Of a stretch of 64,000 bases of DNA, positions 25,277 through 37,570 are shown piece after piece. Made by a program: the position numbers and the translations under genes. Numbering within the stretch: the first letter of the stretch is position 1; every line of letters begins with the position of its first letter. This DNA comes from Lama glama (taxonomy: Eukaryota): the NCBI GenBank assembly GCA_028534125.1, contig CM052817.1, positions 8,434,001-8,498,000 on the forward strand, written 5' to 3'. The notes below the pieces were generated by a model that did not search any database, was not told where the DNA came from, and was given only the letters and a program-made list of their open reading frames with translations.

Positions 25277-25790
25277 AGTGGTAGTCACTTTATGTTTGTT
25301 TGATTGTTTCCAGCCTGCTTTCTAATATCTCTTATTCTGATTCCTTTGGGGACCTCCTCCCACAACCTATATGGTCTGTTAGGGTCTGGAAATCATTCTG
25401 CTTTTTATCCCCAGCTAAAGAGGGGGCATTTGACCCTGACTAGGCAGAACACTCCATCCTTCTGGATAGAGTGACTGCCTACAGCTATGTATGCATCACC
25501 CAAGCAGGGTCAGCCAGTGTCTTTCCCATAGTTACTATATGGGATTTGAGAGCTGAGTTCTATTTCCATTGGCACTGCCAAACGAAGAAGAGGTAGATTT
25601 AGAGATGGGTGTAGGCATATGAGAACCTTTCAGCAGATAAAGCCAGCAGGGTGGAGTCATGGAGTTTAAGACAGATCCCAGGATTGATCCATGGACTTCC
25701 AAGTCATGTGAGCCAAGGAATTCCCTTTTCACTTCAACTAGTCTGAGTTGGGTCTCTGACACTTGCAATTCAAGCCAATTAAGACTCAGA
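25277..25790 (+). mobile_element. Old MaLR LTR (MLT1J/K type)
   Basis: catggacttccaagtcatgtgagccaaggaattccc...ctagtctgagttgggtctctgacacttgcaa 3' signature. Confidence 0.7.
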
Positions 25791-26144
25791 GAAGGAGGGG
25801 AAGAGAGATGCACAACAAAAGGATTGAAGCAGAAAATCAAGTGTTGGCAAAAGATGTGAGATCAATGGACTGGGAGGAGTTTAGGCTGTATCTTGGCAAG
25901 GAAAGAAAACTCATTTGTCTTTTCATGAACATTTCCTAGTATTTCCTTTGTGAACTTTTTGTCTGAAATGTCTTAAAAAAAAAACCCCAACAAAATGTCT
26001 AGTTATTTTCGGGCACTTAACACAGTACCTAACATCAAATTCCCCATCCAGCCCATGACAAAATCCAGCCTTTTGCACCATGCAAGCCCCTCCACTTTCA
26101 AGCTCTGTTAAATCAGTGTTAAAGAGACTTGGGAGAAACAAGAT

Positions 26145-26380
26145 TGAGAGGCAACATGATGTCATAGAAAGGATACTGAATTTTAAATTACGGGTAGGAA
26201 TTGGAATATACACTTTGACACTCCTTTGCTGCTTTAAGTCTTGGTTTTTTCAATATGGAAATTGGGATGAGAATAACAATAATCCTTAGCACAGATGATC
26301 TGCATGTGGATTAAATGATGAACTGTAAATGATGCATACTGCCCAGTGCTGGCCATGTTAGGCTCTCAATTAATGTTTTA
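26145..26380 (+). mobile_element. MIR SINE
   Basis: ggattaaatgatgaactgtaa...gcccagtgctggccatgttaggctctcaattaatgt. Confidence 0.6.
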
Positions 26381-26849
26381 TTTCTTGCTTTCAGACACCT
26401 TCCAAGCAATGTTGATGGTATTCAGAGGGGTAGAAGAACTACCTCCATCGCCATCTCCGAAGCAGAGGCAGAACTCCCTCCAGGAGTCAGAAGGAAGAGA
26501 AGCTGTTTATTTGTTGTTGATTTTTTTGGTGTGTGCGTGTAACACACCTTAGAAGTAGTTTCAGGGTCATTATGGCAGACTTTTGGGTTAAACCTCCAGG
26601 TGCTATTCGATTACTTTCTTCTTGGAAACCTCCTGTAATTTTGCAGGGTCCTCTCAAGCAAGCGGGAACAGGGAGCCAGATGCTAAAGACTAAGTCAAAA
26701 GGAAACTCTAATCTTAAGAGAGGGAGCTAACAAACAAGTAAGTTTCCTTTTAGGCTGACTGGGCTCCCCAGGGTCAGAAAAGATTCAGAGATTTAAGATA
26801 GACTCTCTGTCTAAGGGGGAAAAGAAATTCACACACATGATTATTTCCT

Positions 26850-27415
26850 TTTTCTTTTTTTACTTAAAATATTTCTGTTGTTGTTGAAGTATAGTCGGTT
26901 TACAATGTTGTGTTAATTTCTAGTGTACAGCATAGTGATTCAGTTATACATATATGTATTACTTTTCATATTGTTTTTCATTATAGACTATAATAAGGTA
27001 TTGAATATAGTTTCCTATGCTATACAGTAGGGCTTTGTTTCTTATCTATTTTATATATAATAGTTAGTAACATTGTAAAATGACTATAACTCAATAAAAA
27101 AAGTTTATATAAAAAAATAGTATCTACAAATCCTGAACTCTCAGTTTATCCCTTCACCACCCCCTTTCCCATCTTGTATCCACAAGTTTGTCTTCCATGT
27201 CTGTGAGTCTGTTTCTGTTTTGTGAATAAGTTCATTTGTGTCCTTTTTTAGATTCCACATATAAGTGATATCATATGGCAATTGACTTTTTCCGTCTGAT
27301 TTACTTCACTTAGTATGATCATCCCTAGGTCCATCCATGTTGCTGCAAATGACATTATTTTATTATTTTTTTACCGCTGAGTAGCATCTCATTGTGTATG
27401 TACCACATCTTCTTT
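26850..27415 (-). mobile_element. Lineage-specific L1 3' end
   Basis: gaagtatagtcggtttacaatgttgtgttaatttc...ttagattccacatataagtgatatcatatgg...ccatccatgttgctgcaaat. Confidence 0.93.
27069..27117 (+). mobile_element. Ultra-short L1 3' terminus nested antisense in the preceding L1
   Basis: aacattgtaaaatgactataactcaataaaaaaagttt matches the 3' end of the L1 at about 44081-44120. Confidence 0.7.
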
Positions 27416-27464
27416 TAATACCAGCACCAGCACCACTTCTCCCAGCAGCTGTCAGTCAATGAGA

Positions 27465-27655
27465 AGCTTCTAGACACTTTGCACGTTAATTTATTTAATC
27501 TTTTCAATGATACAGATGAAAACTAGTTTTTCTTAATAGTTCGACACATAGAAGGAAAAGTGAATGTCTTGAGAAGTTAAGGAATTTGCTGAGGACACCC
27601 AGTAAAAGTGAAACTGAGACCTGTGTGACGGCAAAGTTTATTCTCCCTTCCCGTT
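27465..27655 (-). mobile_element. MIR fragment
   Basis: ttaatttatttaatcttttcaa...gagaagttaaggaatttgctgagg. Confidence 0.55.
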
Positions 27656-28486
27656 ACTGCGCGCTCTGAGAGCTGAGATATACTGAAGGCTGACAAGTGA
27701 AAAATGGACAGCCTGGATTAGTAAATCCAGGACAAGAGTCCAATCAACAGTCACACCTTTTCTCCAGGGCTGAAATGTTACCTTTCCTTCTTATCTTCTA
27801 GATGAGACAGTTGGTGTGGAAAGAGGTGGGCTGGGCTTGGAGAGCGGCTTGACTGCTGGGGTGGGAGGCGGGATCGCGGCTTGCAGCCCTGGAGCCAGAG
27901 CACTGGGACATTCATTTTCAGGCTCTGTTGGAGTTTGACCACTAGCCTTGCCAGGTCCTGGGGGTGTGTCAATGGACCATATACATGACCCTTTGCAAAA
28001 CTAAGCCTATTATTTGGCTCTTCGTGCTGGCTTTTTAAAAAGCTCTTGATGGACACGGCAGGAATGAAATAGTCAAGGTCTGCATGCCAGGTGACTTAAC
28101 AACGCGAAGCTGAAGTCTGAGAAACTCCAGTCAAAAAGTAGTGGGTTTGGCACCAAGGAGCTCTAAATACTAAAGGAAGGAGGCTCATGTTCAGTCCCTC
28201 ACTCTGGCAGGGGGTGGGATCCCACCAGCCCTGGATAGAAGACACCAGTGAAAATGCAGGGCTGGCCAGGGCAGGGGGAGGATCTCTTCCACAGGAGCCA
28301 GGGCCCACTTGGCTGAGAACTGCTGGTTTCTGGGATGTCAGGAGGCCAGCCTCCCAAGGAAGGTGCTGGGACAGACAAGCACACAAGAGGCGGTGCATGC
28401 TGAGATGGGGGTGCTGAGCCATCAGACTGAAGTCAAATCTGGTCCAGAAATATGGGGAAATGCCCAGTCCGGAGAGAGGACCAGGC

Positions 28487-28698
28487 CTGCAGTTCTGAAC
28501 CGGGGGTGGTTTTCTGTCTCCTAAGGGACTTTTGTACATGTTTGGAGATGTTTTTGGTTGTTATGACAGGGAGGTGGGGTGGATGTGTTACTGGCACCTG
28601 TCAGGGAGGCTGCTGAACATCCTACAATGTATAGGAACATCCCTACGATAAAGAGCAACCTAGTTCCAAACGTCACTGACGCCGAGATTAAGACCCTG
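28487..28698. mobile_element. MER20 hAT-Charlie relic
   Basis: gttctgaaccgggggtggtttt...tggagatgtttttggttgt...gctgctgaacatcctacaatg. Confidence 0.85.
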
Positions 28699-28969
28699 GT
28701 CTAGGAGTACCAGGGACTAAGTTGGAAAGTCAAATTGGATTTGAAATCACCATGGAGAGGGGCAGGAAGGGTGGCTAGTGTCAGTGTGTGCAAAGGACAG
28801 TCCATCCTGAAACACAGCTACCCTGTACCCGGCTCTCTGCCACCCTGGGTTTTCTGCTGTAAATCACGCCTGCTTATTTTGTGGGCTTGTGAGACTTGGG
28901 TTGCCTTTAATTACAGAAAGAAACTGTTGAGAGCAGCCATTGAGGAATGAGAACGTGATGGAGACAATT

Positions 28970-29050
28970 TATGGTGTAGTAGTTCCCTAGCTTGGATTTT
29001 AGTCCTGAAGGGTTCAAGTCCCAGCTCTACCACTTTCTAGATGTGTCTTT
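28970..29050 (+). mobile_element. MIR 5' part (split by L1)
   Basis: gggttcaagtcccagctctaccactttctagatgtgt. Confidence 0.75.
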
Positions 29051-30080
29051 ACTTTTCAGCCTTATTGAGATAGAAGTGATATATAATATTATGTAAGTTT
29101 AAGGTGCACAAGGTGTTGATTTGATACATTTATATATTGCAAATGATCATCACCATAGCATTAGCTAACACCTGCCTCCTGTCACGTAATTACCCTGTCT
29201 TTTTTGTGGTAAGGACATTTAAGATCTACTCTTAGGAACTTTCAAGTATATCATGCAGTATTATTAACTGTAATCACTATGCTGTAAATTAGATCCCCAG
29301 AACTTATTCACCTTATAACTGGACTTTTGTACCCTGACCATCTGCCCCTATCCCCCATCCCCAACCCTGATAACCAACATTTTAGCCTCTGTTTCTATGA
29401 ATTTAATATTTTTTTTAGATTCTGCATGTATGTGATATCATATAATAATTTGTCTTTCTCTGTCTGGCTTATTTCACTTAGCATAATGCCTGCAAGTTTC
29501 ATTCATGTTGTCATAAATGGCAGGATGTCCTTCTCTCTCATGGCTGAGTAATATTCCTTCATATCTATCTATCTATCAACAATCTTCTTTATCCATTTAT
29601 CAGTTGACAGACACTTAGGCTGTTTCCATATCTTGGTTGTTGTGGATAAAGCCATAATGAACATGGGAGTACAGAGATCCCTTCAGGATACTGTTTTCAT
29701 TTCCTTTGGATTTATACCCAAAAGTAGGATTGCTGGATCATATGGTAGTTCTATTTTTATTTTTCTGAGGAAACTCTATAGTGTTTTCCTTAGTGACTGC
29801 ACCAATTTACATACCTATCAACAATGCATAAGCTTTCCCTTTTCTCCACATCCTTACCAACACTTGTTACCTTTTGGCTTTTGATGACAGTCATTCTAAC
29901 AGGTGTGAGGTGAAATCTCATTGTGGCTTTGATTTGCATTTCCCTGATGATTACTGATGTTGAATATCTTTTCATGTACCTGTTGGCCATTGGTATGTCT
30001 TTCTGGAAAAATGTCTATTCAGTTCCTCTGCCTATTTTTAAATCATATTATTATTGTATTATTATTTTTTTCTACTGAAT
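29051..30080 (-). mobile_element. L1 (L1MA/MB type) 3' portion
   Basis: Antisense 3' UTR and ORF2 end; ORF 29790-29990 (-) [33 protein letters not shown] is L1 ORF2. Confidence 0.95.
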
Positions 30081-30089
30081 GTCTTTAAG

Positions 30090-30235
30090 CACCATAAGTA
30101 ACCTCTCTTTTCCTAACATAGTACCCTAGGAATCGTAATACATCATGAGTTTGATTTGAGAACTAAGTAAGATAATAAGTGTAAAGAATCTAGGAAGGCT
30201 TATAATTAGTTTAAAATAATAACTGCTATGATAGT
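30090..30235 (+). mobile_element. MIR 3' part
   Basis: aagtaacctctct...gagaactaagtaagataataagtgtaaag. Confidence 0.55.
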
Positions 30236-30811
30236 TGTGATTTCTGTGTAGGCAAAATGGAAACATCTGGGGTAAGGGAGCAGGGAGGGTGCATCAGGCT
30301 CCCCAGCAGGAGGCCTTGGAGAACTGAAAAGTGGCAGGAGGCAGTGGGCTTGTGCAGAGGATGAGCCCCCTCCCCCCACAATGATTTGTGATGCTCCACA
30401 GTAAGAGGCAACCATCATCAAACAGTGATCCAAAACAAAGTTGAATTTATTTACTTGCTTGGCAAGGGAGAGACATATCACTCAGATGGAAGTTATACAG
30501 ATCTCCCAGAACAGAAATGAAAAAGGCCGGATAGGTCACAAAAAGTGGAGAAAGTACATTAAACAAGGCTCTCTACTGAGTTCAGGTCTCTGGCTGGCTC
30601 AGAACTGTGAGCTCTTTGCTGTGGTCACTTGCATGTTTCACGGCGTCCCTGAGGCCAGGAAGCCTGGTGTCAAGCACATTCAGATCTGACTGTACACAAT
30701 TGCAGCTGCAAATTCAGCTGACAACTTCCTGTGCACGTGCTTGAAGCCTCAGAAGGTTGTGCTTGAACCATGCCCTCACTAATATTATTGCATTACCTTC
30801 CTGTTACCTCT

Positions 30812-31182
30812 TGTGGAGGTTCTGTTTCCCTGGGAAGCAGCGTCCAAATGGAGTCTTGTGTGTAGGATATTTATCCAGGTGTGTCCTTGAACTCCAGATT
30901 TGTAGAGGAGGCAGAATAAAGCAGGAGTGGGCAGAGGGAGAAGAGTTGAGATGCTGGCCAGGAATAACTTTGCCAGACCCAAGGGACCCCCTGGAGCCAG
31001 CTCGAGTGGCATTTCAGGATTGTTCCCTATTGGCTGATAGGACTTTATCTTCCCTTATTGACCATTAGATATGGGCAATCTGTGGCCATCCCCCAAGGGG
31101 CTGGCAACTGAAGGCTGCCTACTCCCAGTGACCAGGCGTACATAGAAGGAGGATCTGGATGGCAAAGGACAGTGTTCACCAA
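30812..31182 (-). mobile_element. LTR16-family (ERVL) LTR
   Basis: ttccctgggaagcag...gcaggagtgggcagagggagaagagttgagatg...gaaggaggatctggatggc. Confidence 0.75.
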
Positions 31183-32224
31183 CCCTCGGTCACTATCCTA
31201 GCCTTGGTTTCACTTCATGCTTAGAACAATTCTGTGAGCTTGCTGTAGGGGTGAGAGCTGGCTCGTGGAGGGTAAGAGGCTTAGTGAAGGCTGCACACCT
31301 GCTAGCCAATCTGGGCATGCAAACCCAGACTGCAGCTCTCCTGTCTCATTCAGTCCCTACCTTGGGGGGGGGGCAGACACGATAGAAAACACAGGACCAA
31401 AGAACAGACTTCAGTTAGATCTGCACTCGGCTTGAGATGCCTCAGTTCAGTTACACCAGGCTTGTGTGCTCAGCGGGGCAACTTGCAAACCTGATTCTTG
31501 AGGGTAGCGGTGGATCAATCACACTCCTTTTACACATAAAGCACAGAGAGCACACAGCATATCTGTGTACGAACATTTAATGGGAAGTGTGATTAGGGGA
31601 AAAATGTCTGAAATGGCTTCTGGATGGGGAGCAATAATGAGAAGAAGGTATGAGAGAATACAAAGAAAGGAAGAAAAGGAATCTCTAAGCCCCAAATTTT
31701 CTTCATGGCCTCCATGTTCCAAGAATTGAGTCTGTCCAAAGTCTTGGAGAGTAAGAGGCAGCAGCTGATGGCCCTTGGTGCTACCAACGTGCACCGCACT
31801 GTTTGCTTTTGTATGATATTTTTGTTTTTGTTTAAACAATATTAAAATGAAATGGAAAACAGTCCCATTTAGGTCACCGTTTTAAATTTTGGAGACTGTG
31901 TGTGTGTGTGTGCGAGCATGCATGTGTACACATAAACACAAGGTGCACAAGCATACACACACACAAGATATCCAGCTTCTCTTGAATAATGGAATATTTG
32001 CCAGCCTTTGACTCCAGCTCCCCACATGGAAACAATGGTCTGGCAGGGACCACTTCCCACAGGGCGTCTACCTGTCAGCATAATCCATCACTCTCATTTG
32101 TGGTAAGTGTGCCTGCCTGGCTTCATGCACTCACATTACCTGCCTGGTCTCTGTAAGCATTTGAGTTTGGAAGCTCTGTCTTGGATGTCAGAGCTGAAGG
32201 AGGAGCTGAAGAAGTTCTCAGTCC

Positions 32225-32346
32225 TGCCTTCACATCAGGGGAGTTTAAAAAATCCCTCCAGGGATTCTGGTTTAATTTTCTGGGCATCAGGATGTTGTAA
32301 AAGCACCACGGGGGATTCTGATGTGTACCTTGGATTGAGAACACTG
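32225..32346. mobile_element. MER5A hAT-Charlie fragment
   Basis: gattctggtttaattttctggg...gggggattctgatgtgtaccttggattgagaacactg. Confidence 0.7.
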
Positions 32347-32500
32347 ATCTAGTGCAGCCTCTCATTTTTGCAGCTGAGAGAACGGAGGCTCAGAGAGGGA
32401 AAGCGAGTTGTCCAAAGACAAGCAGTCATTGTCTGAGAAGCTGGAATTAAAACCAGCTCTCTTAGCCTGGCCTGCAGCGTTTCCCCCTACCTCACACTGT
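32347..32500 (-). mobile_element. MIR fragment
   Basis: ctcatttttgcagctgagagaacggaggctcagagagggaaagcgagttgtccaaag. Confidence 0.8.
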
Positions 32501-32689
32501 CTTCTTTAAGTTTCTTTAGGGAAGAGTGAAGTAGCAGGTAATCTGATCAAAATACCAGACTTGGATTTTATTTGAGTTTGTCCAATGATGAGTATATAGT
32601 GCTTCCAATTAATCTACTACCTAATAGTGCCTTCTCTTCCTTTGGTTTTACAACTGAGATCACATGGGGTCCTGGAAATAAACGGTCGA

Positions 32690-32920
32690 AAGGAAGGGGA
32701 CCTAACATGTACCCAGTAGCTTCTATAAGCCAGAATTGTCTTAGGTGCTCAGCTGTGCTTGTCTAACTCATTTGCACACTAACTCTAGGAGTCTGGTGTT
32801 ATTAGCTCCATTTCAAGATGGTGAAACACACTCAGGTGGGTTTGATTAGGTGCCCAGGATCCCACAGAAGCTAAGTGATTTGTGCTCAGTTCCTAACTTT
32901 CCAAAACTGATGTCCTGTCA
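32690..32920 (-). mobile_element. MIR SINE
   Basis: gttattagctccatttcaagatggtgaaac...gcccaggatcccacag. Confidence 0.6.
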
Positions 32921-33750
32921 GAGTGTACAAAAGCGTGATTTCCATAGAAGCAGAAATTTAAAAAAAAGTTTTCTCATTGATTTCTTTCCTATGTGCCGAC
33001 AACACTGATGACAAATAGTAGGTGATCGATAAAAATTGGTTGGATTAGTGAGTTAATACTGCTGAACTCTGTAGGCCTTAAGCTTTGAGGACTGGAGATT
33101 TTTGAGTTCAATAAAATGTAAAACATCAAAGAAAAATCTGCTTCTTTTAAATGTGGGAATCCAGCAGCTCTCAAAACATCTGCAAGGGAGTGTAGGGTAT
33201 TTAAAACACCTCCTCTGAGCTGTCTGATGCCAAGTGTTGCAGCGTACTGACAGCTGTGTCCTGGGCAGTATCAGCATGAGGGTGTGTATGTGCTGCTGTT
33301 ACATTATTTAGGGTATTTTTAAAAAGCTGTAGTTAAGGAGAGAAAAAGCATGACTATCTCATGGGTAGTTCCAGGACCTGGACCCAACAAGAAGGTGTGC
33401 TGTTGAGAAGAGCTGACTGTGGGAGGTTGGGAAGATCAGCCAGGCATGTTGCTTCTCATCTCCTTGGACTTGAGCTAATCTGCATGCTCAGTCACACCCT
33501 CCCATTCACGACTTTCCAAATCACAGCAGCCTGCTTAGAAATATAGCCGTCTCCTCCATGCATCGCCACAACTTGGCCCATAGTTACCCCATAGATGCCT
33601 GTTGAGTGAAATGAGTGTGTTCTTGCAGAAATTGTATTTCTCTTAGCTTAGCCCTATGTCCCAGGTATTGCAATTTTAGGCCACCCAGCCAGGAAGGGGT
33701 AGCAGCAGGCTGTAAGTCCTCTTCCTGGAGTCCAAAGATGGGATTGGTTC

Positions 33751-34300
33751 TGTGCAGTAAAGGACTAACCTTGCCCAAGGAGAAGTCTGATCTTTGACCG
33801 CTCCTGGGAAGTAACTCTAAGACCCTGGAATGTCTTCTCTGTTTACTTGAGGTCTTGGGCCACAGCTGGTAATCTATGCTAACCGCGATGTATCATGGAG
33901 ATCTTGCGCCGTGTGGTATCAGCTTGACTTCTTGGAGAGGCTGAAGACTAAGGTTAGCCATGTGGGCATCCAGCCACGTCTATGGGACCAACTCCCAGTA
34001 AGAATTGTAGACACCAGTGCTCAGGAGAACTACCCCAGCTGGCAGTGCTCCAAGTGTGTTGCCACGTATTGTTGCTGGAGGGGTAGCTCCGTCCACGACT
34101 CCACTGGGAGAGGACAACTGGAGGCTTGTGCCTGGAACCCTCCTGGACCTGTCCCAGTGTGCTTCGTCCTGTTCCTGATTGTAATCTGTGTCCTTTTACT
34201 GTAATAAACCATAACCTGAGTATACCAGCTTTGTTGGGTTCTGTAAATCTTTTCAGTGAAATATAGAACCTGGGGGTGATCGTGGGACCTTCTGAACTCC
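33751..34300 (+). mobile_element. MER77/MER21-family (ERVL) solo LTR
   Basis: tgtgcagtaaaggactaaccttgcccaagg...gactccactgggagaggacaactggaggcttg...gtaataaaccataacctgagtata. Confidence 0.85.
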
Positions 34301-34444
34301 CGAGTGCTCACAGTTTCCCTCTGCAACACCGGAGTGAGTGTCAACAGGACTAAGGGTGTGTCTTTACATGTGGAAGTTCTGAGTTTCACTCCGTGACGTT
34401 GACTTTCATCTCCTCTGCCTTCTTGATCTCAGCCCCTCACTGGG

Positions 34445-34494
34445 TAAGGCTGGGACTAGGGTGGGGAAAGTGAGGCACTCTAGTCCCAGACCTG
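34445..34494. mobile_element. Internally deleted MER96-like hAT-Tip100 relic
   Basis: Inverted termini ctgggactag / ctagtcccag around ggtggggaaagtgaggcact. Confidence 0.55.
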
Positions 34495-35239
34495 TCTTTG
34501 TTTCAGATACCTTATCTGGAATATGGAATTAACTCTAGTGTCTACCACCTGAGGTTATGAGAATTAGAGTTATTTTTTCCCTTATGCTCAGCCCCTTCCA
34601 ACACAGAATAAGTGCATCAAAGAGCTAGCTATTTATTTTAATGGTTCCTACCCGCAGGTAGGAACTTACCTTCTCCTAAGAAGGTAAGTAACTGACTAAG
34701 ATACAGGAAAGATATGTATATTTTAGGTCAATCTAAGGTGTGTGGACTCTGATAGAAGTAGGGCAGTTTCACAAGACTGGGATGGAGCAGCCATCCCTCC
34801 TAAGGGAACTTAACTCTGTGTATAACTGACACACTTGGATTTCCTCCAGGAAGTGAATTCCTTGACCACACATCAGCTGTCCACCTCCCCACCCCACCCT
34901 GTCCCAGTGATATGATAGTACACAGCCTTACATGGGTCACCTGAAATCTGCAAATACTGAAGACAGGACAGCCTAGGATTCCCATGGCCTGGAGGGCAGC
35001 ATAGTTCTTCAGGATGACATTTGGAACCCCTCTTGGTCAGAACCAGGGTAGTGGGTTTTAACCTTGGCTGCAAGCTAACTCCCCTGGGGGAGTTTCTACA
35101 AAGTCCTGATGCCAGGAATGGAAATTCTGGTTTAGTATTCTTGGCTGCTGCTGGCACGGTAGTTCCCATAAGCTTCCTGGGCTTCCAGCTGCACCAGCAT
35201 TTGAGAACTACATTTTGCAGCTTTAACACCTGCTATGCC

Positions 35240-35625
35240 AGCGCCCTCCCCCGGACATCGTACCTTTTCCTGTCTGCAGAGATTTTGCCTCTGTTGTTCC
35301 CGCTACTAGTTGTGTTCTTCCTTCTTTGTCTGCCTGGTAAGCACCAATTCACACTTTATAACAGGATGCAAGCTTGCCCTTTCTGGACATTTCTAGTCAG
35401 CCTGATTCCAGGCAGAGGTGGTTGCTGGCTCGTCTGTGTTCCTATAACAGTTTTTAGACATTACCTATCATGATACCTACAGAGAATCGCAGGCTTTTTG
35501 TTCATCAGTTTGTTCATGTGAGAGTTGGGACCTTGTCTTCAATCACCTTTGTTTCCCAACACCTGGTAGAGTCAGCGCCTGGTGCAGGAGAAGCGCTTGG
35601 TGAATATTTAGTTGGATTAAACTGA
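35240..35625 (+). mobile_element. L2 3' fragment
   Basis: gggaccttgtcttcaatcacctttgtttcccaacacctgg...gcgcttggtgaatatttagttgga. Confidence 0.7.
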
Positions 35626-36647
35626 GATACTCAAAACAGCTATAATGTCAGTGAGTCTGAAATATCCATTCCCTAGGATGCTGGTCTCTTTGTTTTGCTG
35701 TTACAGTTGCTGCTTGGCATATCAGTGTGCCTCATTTGTGCAAACACTGTACTCCCACTTGAATGTTGAAGTATTTTGCTAATTGCAGGGTTGCTCGTGG
35801 TCACAGTGTGCTGTTTCTTGATGTGCCAGTCACAATTTAAAACCAAGAGTGCAATGACTATAGTTAGTGGGTTGGAGCAAGTCTGAATTTATGCCAATAT
35901 GAAAATGTGTCTGGGGACTCCATTGTTATAAATGAAAACCCAGAAGGGATATTCTGTCTTGTAGTCCATCCTAAGGTCATATAACTTTTAATTTTTAATT
36001 AAGGATGACATCCATCTTCTAATTGTAATGTCTCTTTTTTTCTGTTTGTAGCAAGTCTCTGTGACTATTTTCTATGGAGAAGGATGGGTGCTGAAGAACG
36101 GAGCAGGTCAGGAGGCAGGCAAGATCATATGTGGCAATCAGCAGGCATGCTCTCAGTGGTCTGCTGCTGCTTAGAGCGGTGGCCTAAGTGATTGCTTGTG
36201 AGTGGTGCCCATTCTGATTGCTCATTGTCTGGAACTTTCTATTTGTTAAATATTTTCACTCTTCTTTCTGTCCATAGAACTTTGGAGGATCCATTAGAGA
36301 CTTGAGAAGACTAGGAGCAAAGTGGGAATCAGCAGAGAGAGTTCCTAAGCTCCTTCTCTCTAGGGATTCTGAGATAGGTTTAGTGGCAAATGTGGGTCAG
36401 GTAGAGTGTAGATCAGGGCAGGCCCATGGGTGGCCCATGACTTCCTGCAGGGCAGGAGGGTAAGAGATCATGATGCAAAGAATGGAGGTAGAGCCATTGT
36501 TGTCACAGCTGCAAGACGAATGTAATCTGAGTGGGTCTATCAGTTACTGTTCTCTTTTCCTGCTATAATTCAGTCGAGCCAGATAAAAGCTCTTTCTCTC
36601 TTAGGTACCTGTCTAAGTATAAGTAGTCAACCATCTCAAGTTAAGCT

Positions 36648-37187
36648 GGACTTGATAAAGAAGTTGTGGTGTATTTATACAATGGAATACTATTCAGCCC
36701 TAAAAACTAAGAAAATAATGGCATTCGCAGCAACATGGATGGACCTGGAGATCGTCATTCTAAGTGAAGTAATCCAGAAAGAGAAAGAAAAATACATGAT
36801 AAAATATGATATCACTTATATGTTGAATCTAAAAAAAAAAAGAAAGAAAGAAAGAAAAGAGGACACTGATGAACTCATCTACAAAACAGAAACAGACTCA
36901 CAGACATAGTAAACAATTTTATGGTTACTGAGAGAAAGAGGGTGGGTAGGGATAAATTCGGGAGTCTGACATTTGCAAAGGTTAACCACTATATATAAAA
37001 ATAGATAAGAAACAAATCTCTTCTGTATAGCACAGGGAACTATATTCAATATCTTGTAGTAAACTTCAATGAAAAAGAATATGAAAATGGATATATGTAT
37101 ATCTACGCATGACTGGGACATTATGCTGTACACCAGAAATTGACACATTGTAACTGACTATATTTCAATTAAAAAATTAAAAAAAAA
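36648..37187 (+). mobile_element. Lineage-specific L1 3' end with TSD
   Basis: ORF2 tail IKKLWCIYTMEYYSA...; poly(A); TSD tcaagttaagct / tcaacttaagct. Confidence 0.95.
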
Positions 37188-37209
37188 TCAACTTAAGCTA
37201 ATGTGGACA

Positions 37210-37570
37210 TTTTTATTACTCTGCCATCCTCAACATGTGGCTTCTACCTTGTGGTATAAGATGGCTGCCACTGCTCCACTATCACATCTACATTTCAGTC
37301 AATAGGAAGTAGAAAAGAGACAGGAAGACTGTGCTCCTTATGTGTTAAGGGCCTGATCCAACAGTTACAACTCAGCGCTTGAACCTACACACTGTTGACT
37401 AGAATATTGTCACATGGGTATGCCTAACTTTAAGAAAAATTGAGAAATAAACTCTTTAGCTAGATGGTCCTGTGTCCAGCTAAAATCTTTATTATTGTTA
37501 TTATTATTATCATTATTATTATTCCCCAGTATAAGTGGCTGGGGAAATAACCAGCCACTTTTGCCTCATG
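37210..37570 (-). mobile_element. Old MaLR LTR fragment (MLT1J type)
   Basis: aagatggctgccactgctccactatcacatctacatttcag...gtcacatggg...gtgtccagctaaaa. Confidence 0.7.

Noticed and set aside
26647..26736. ttttgcag...gtaagt exon-like segment
   Set aside because: Stops in all three frames and nothing else supports it.
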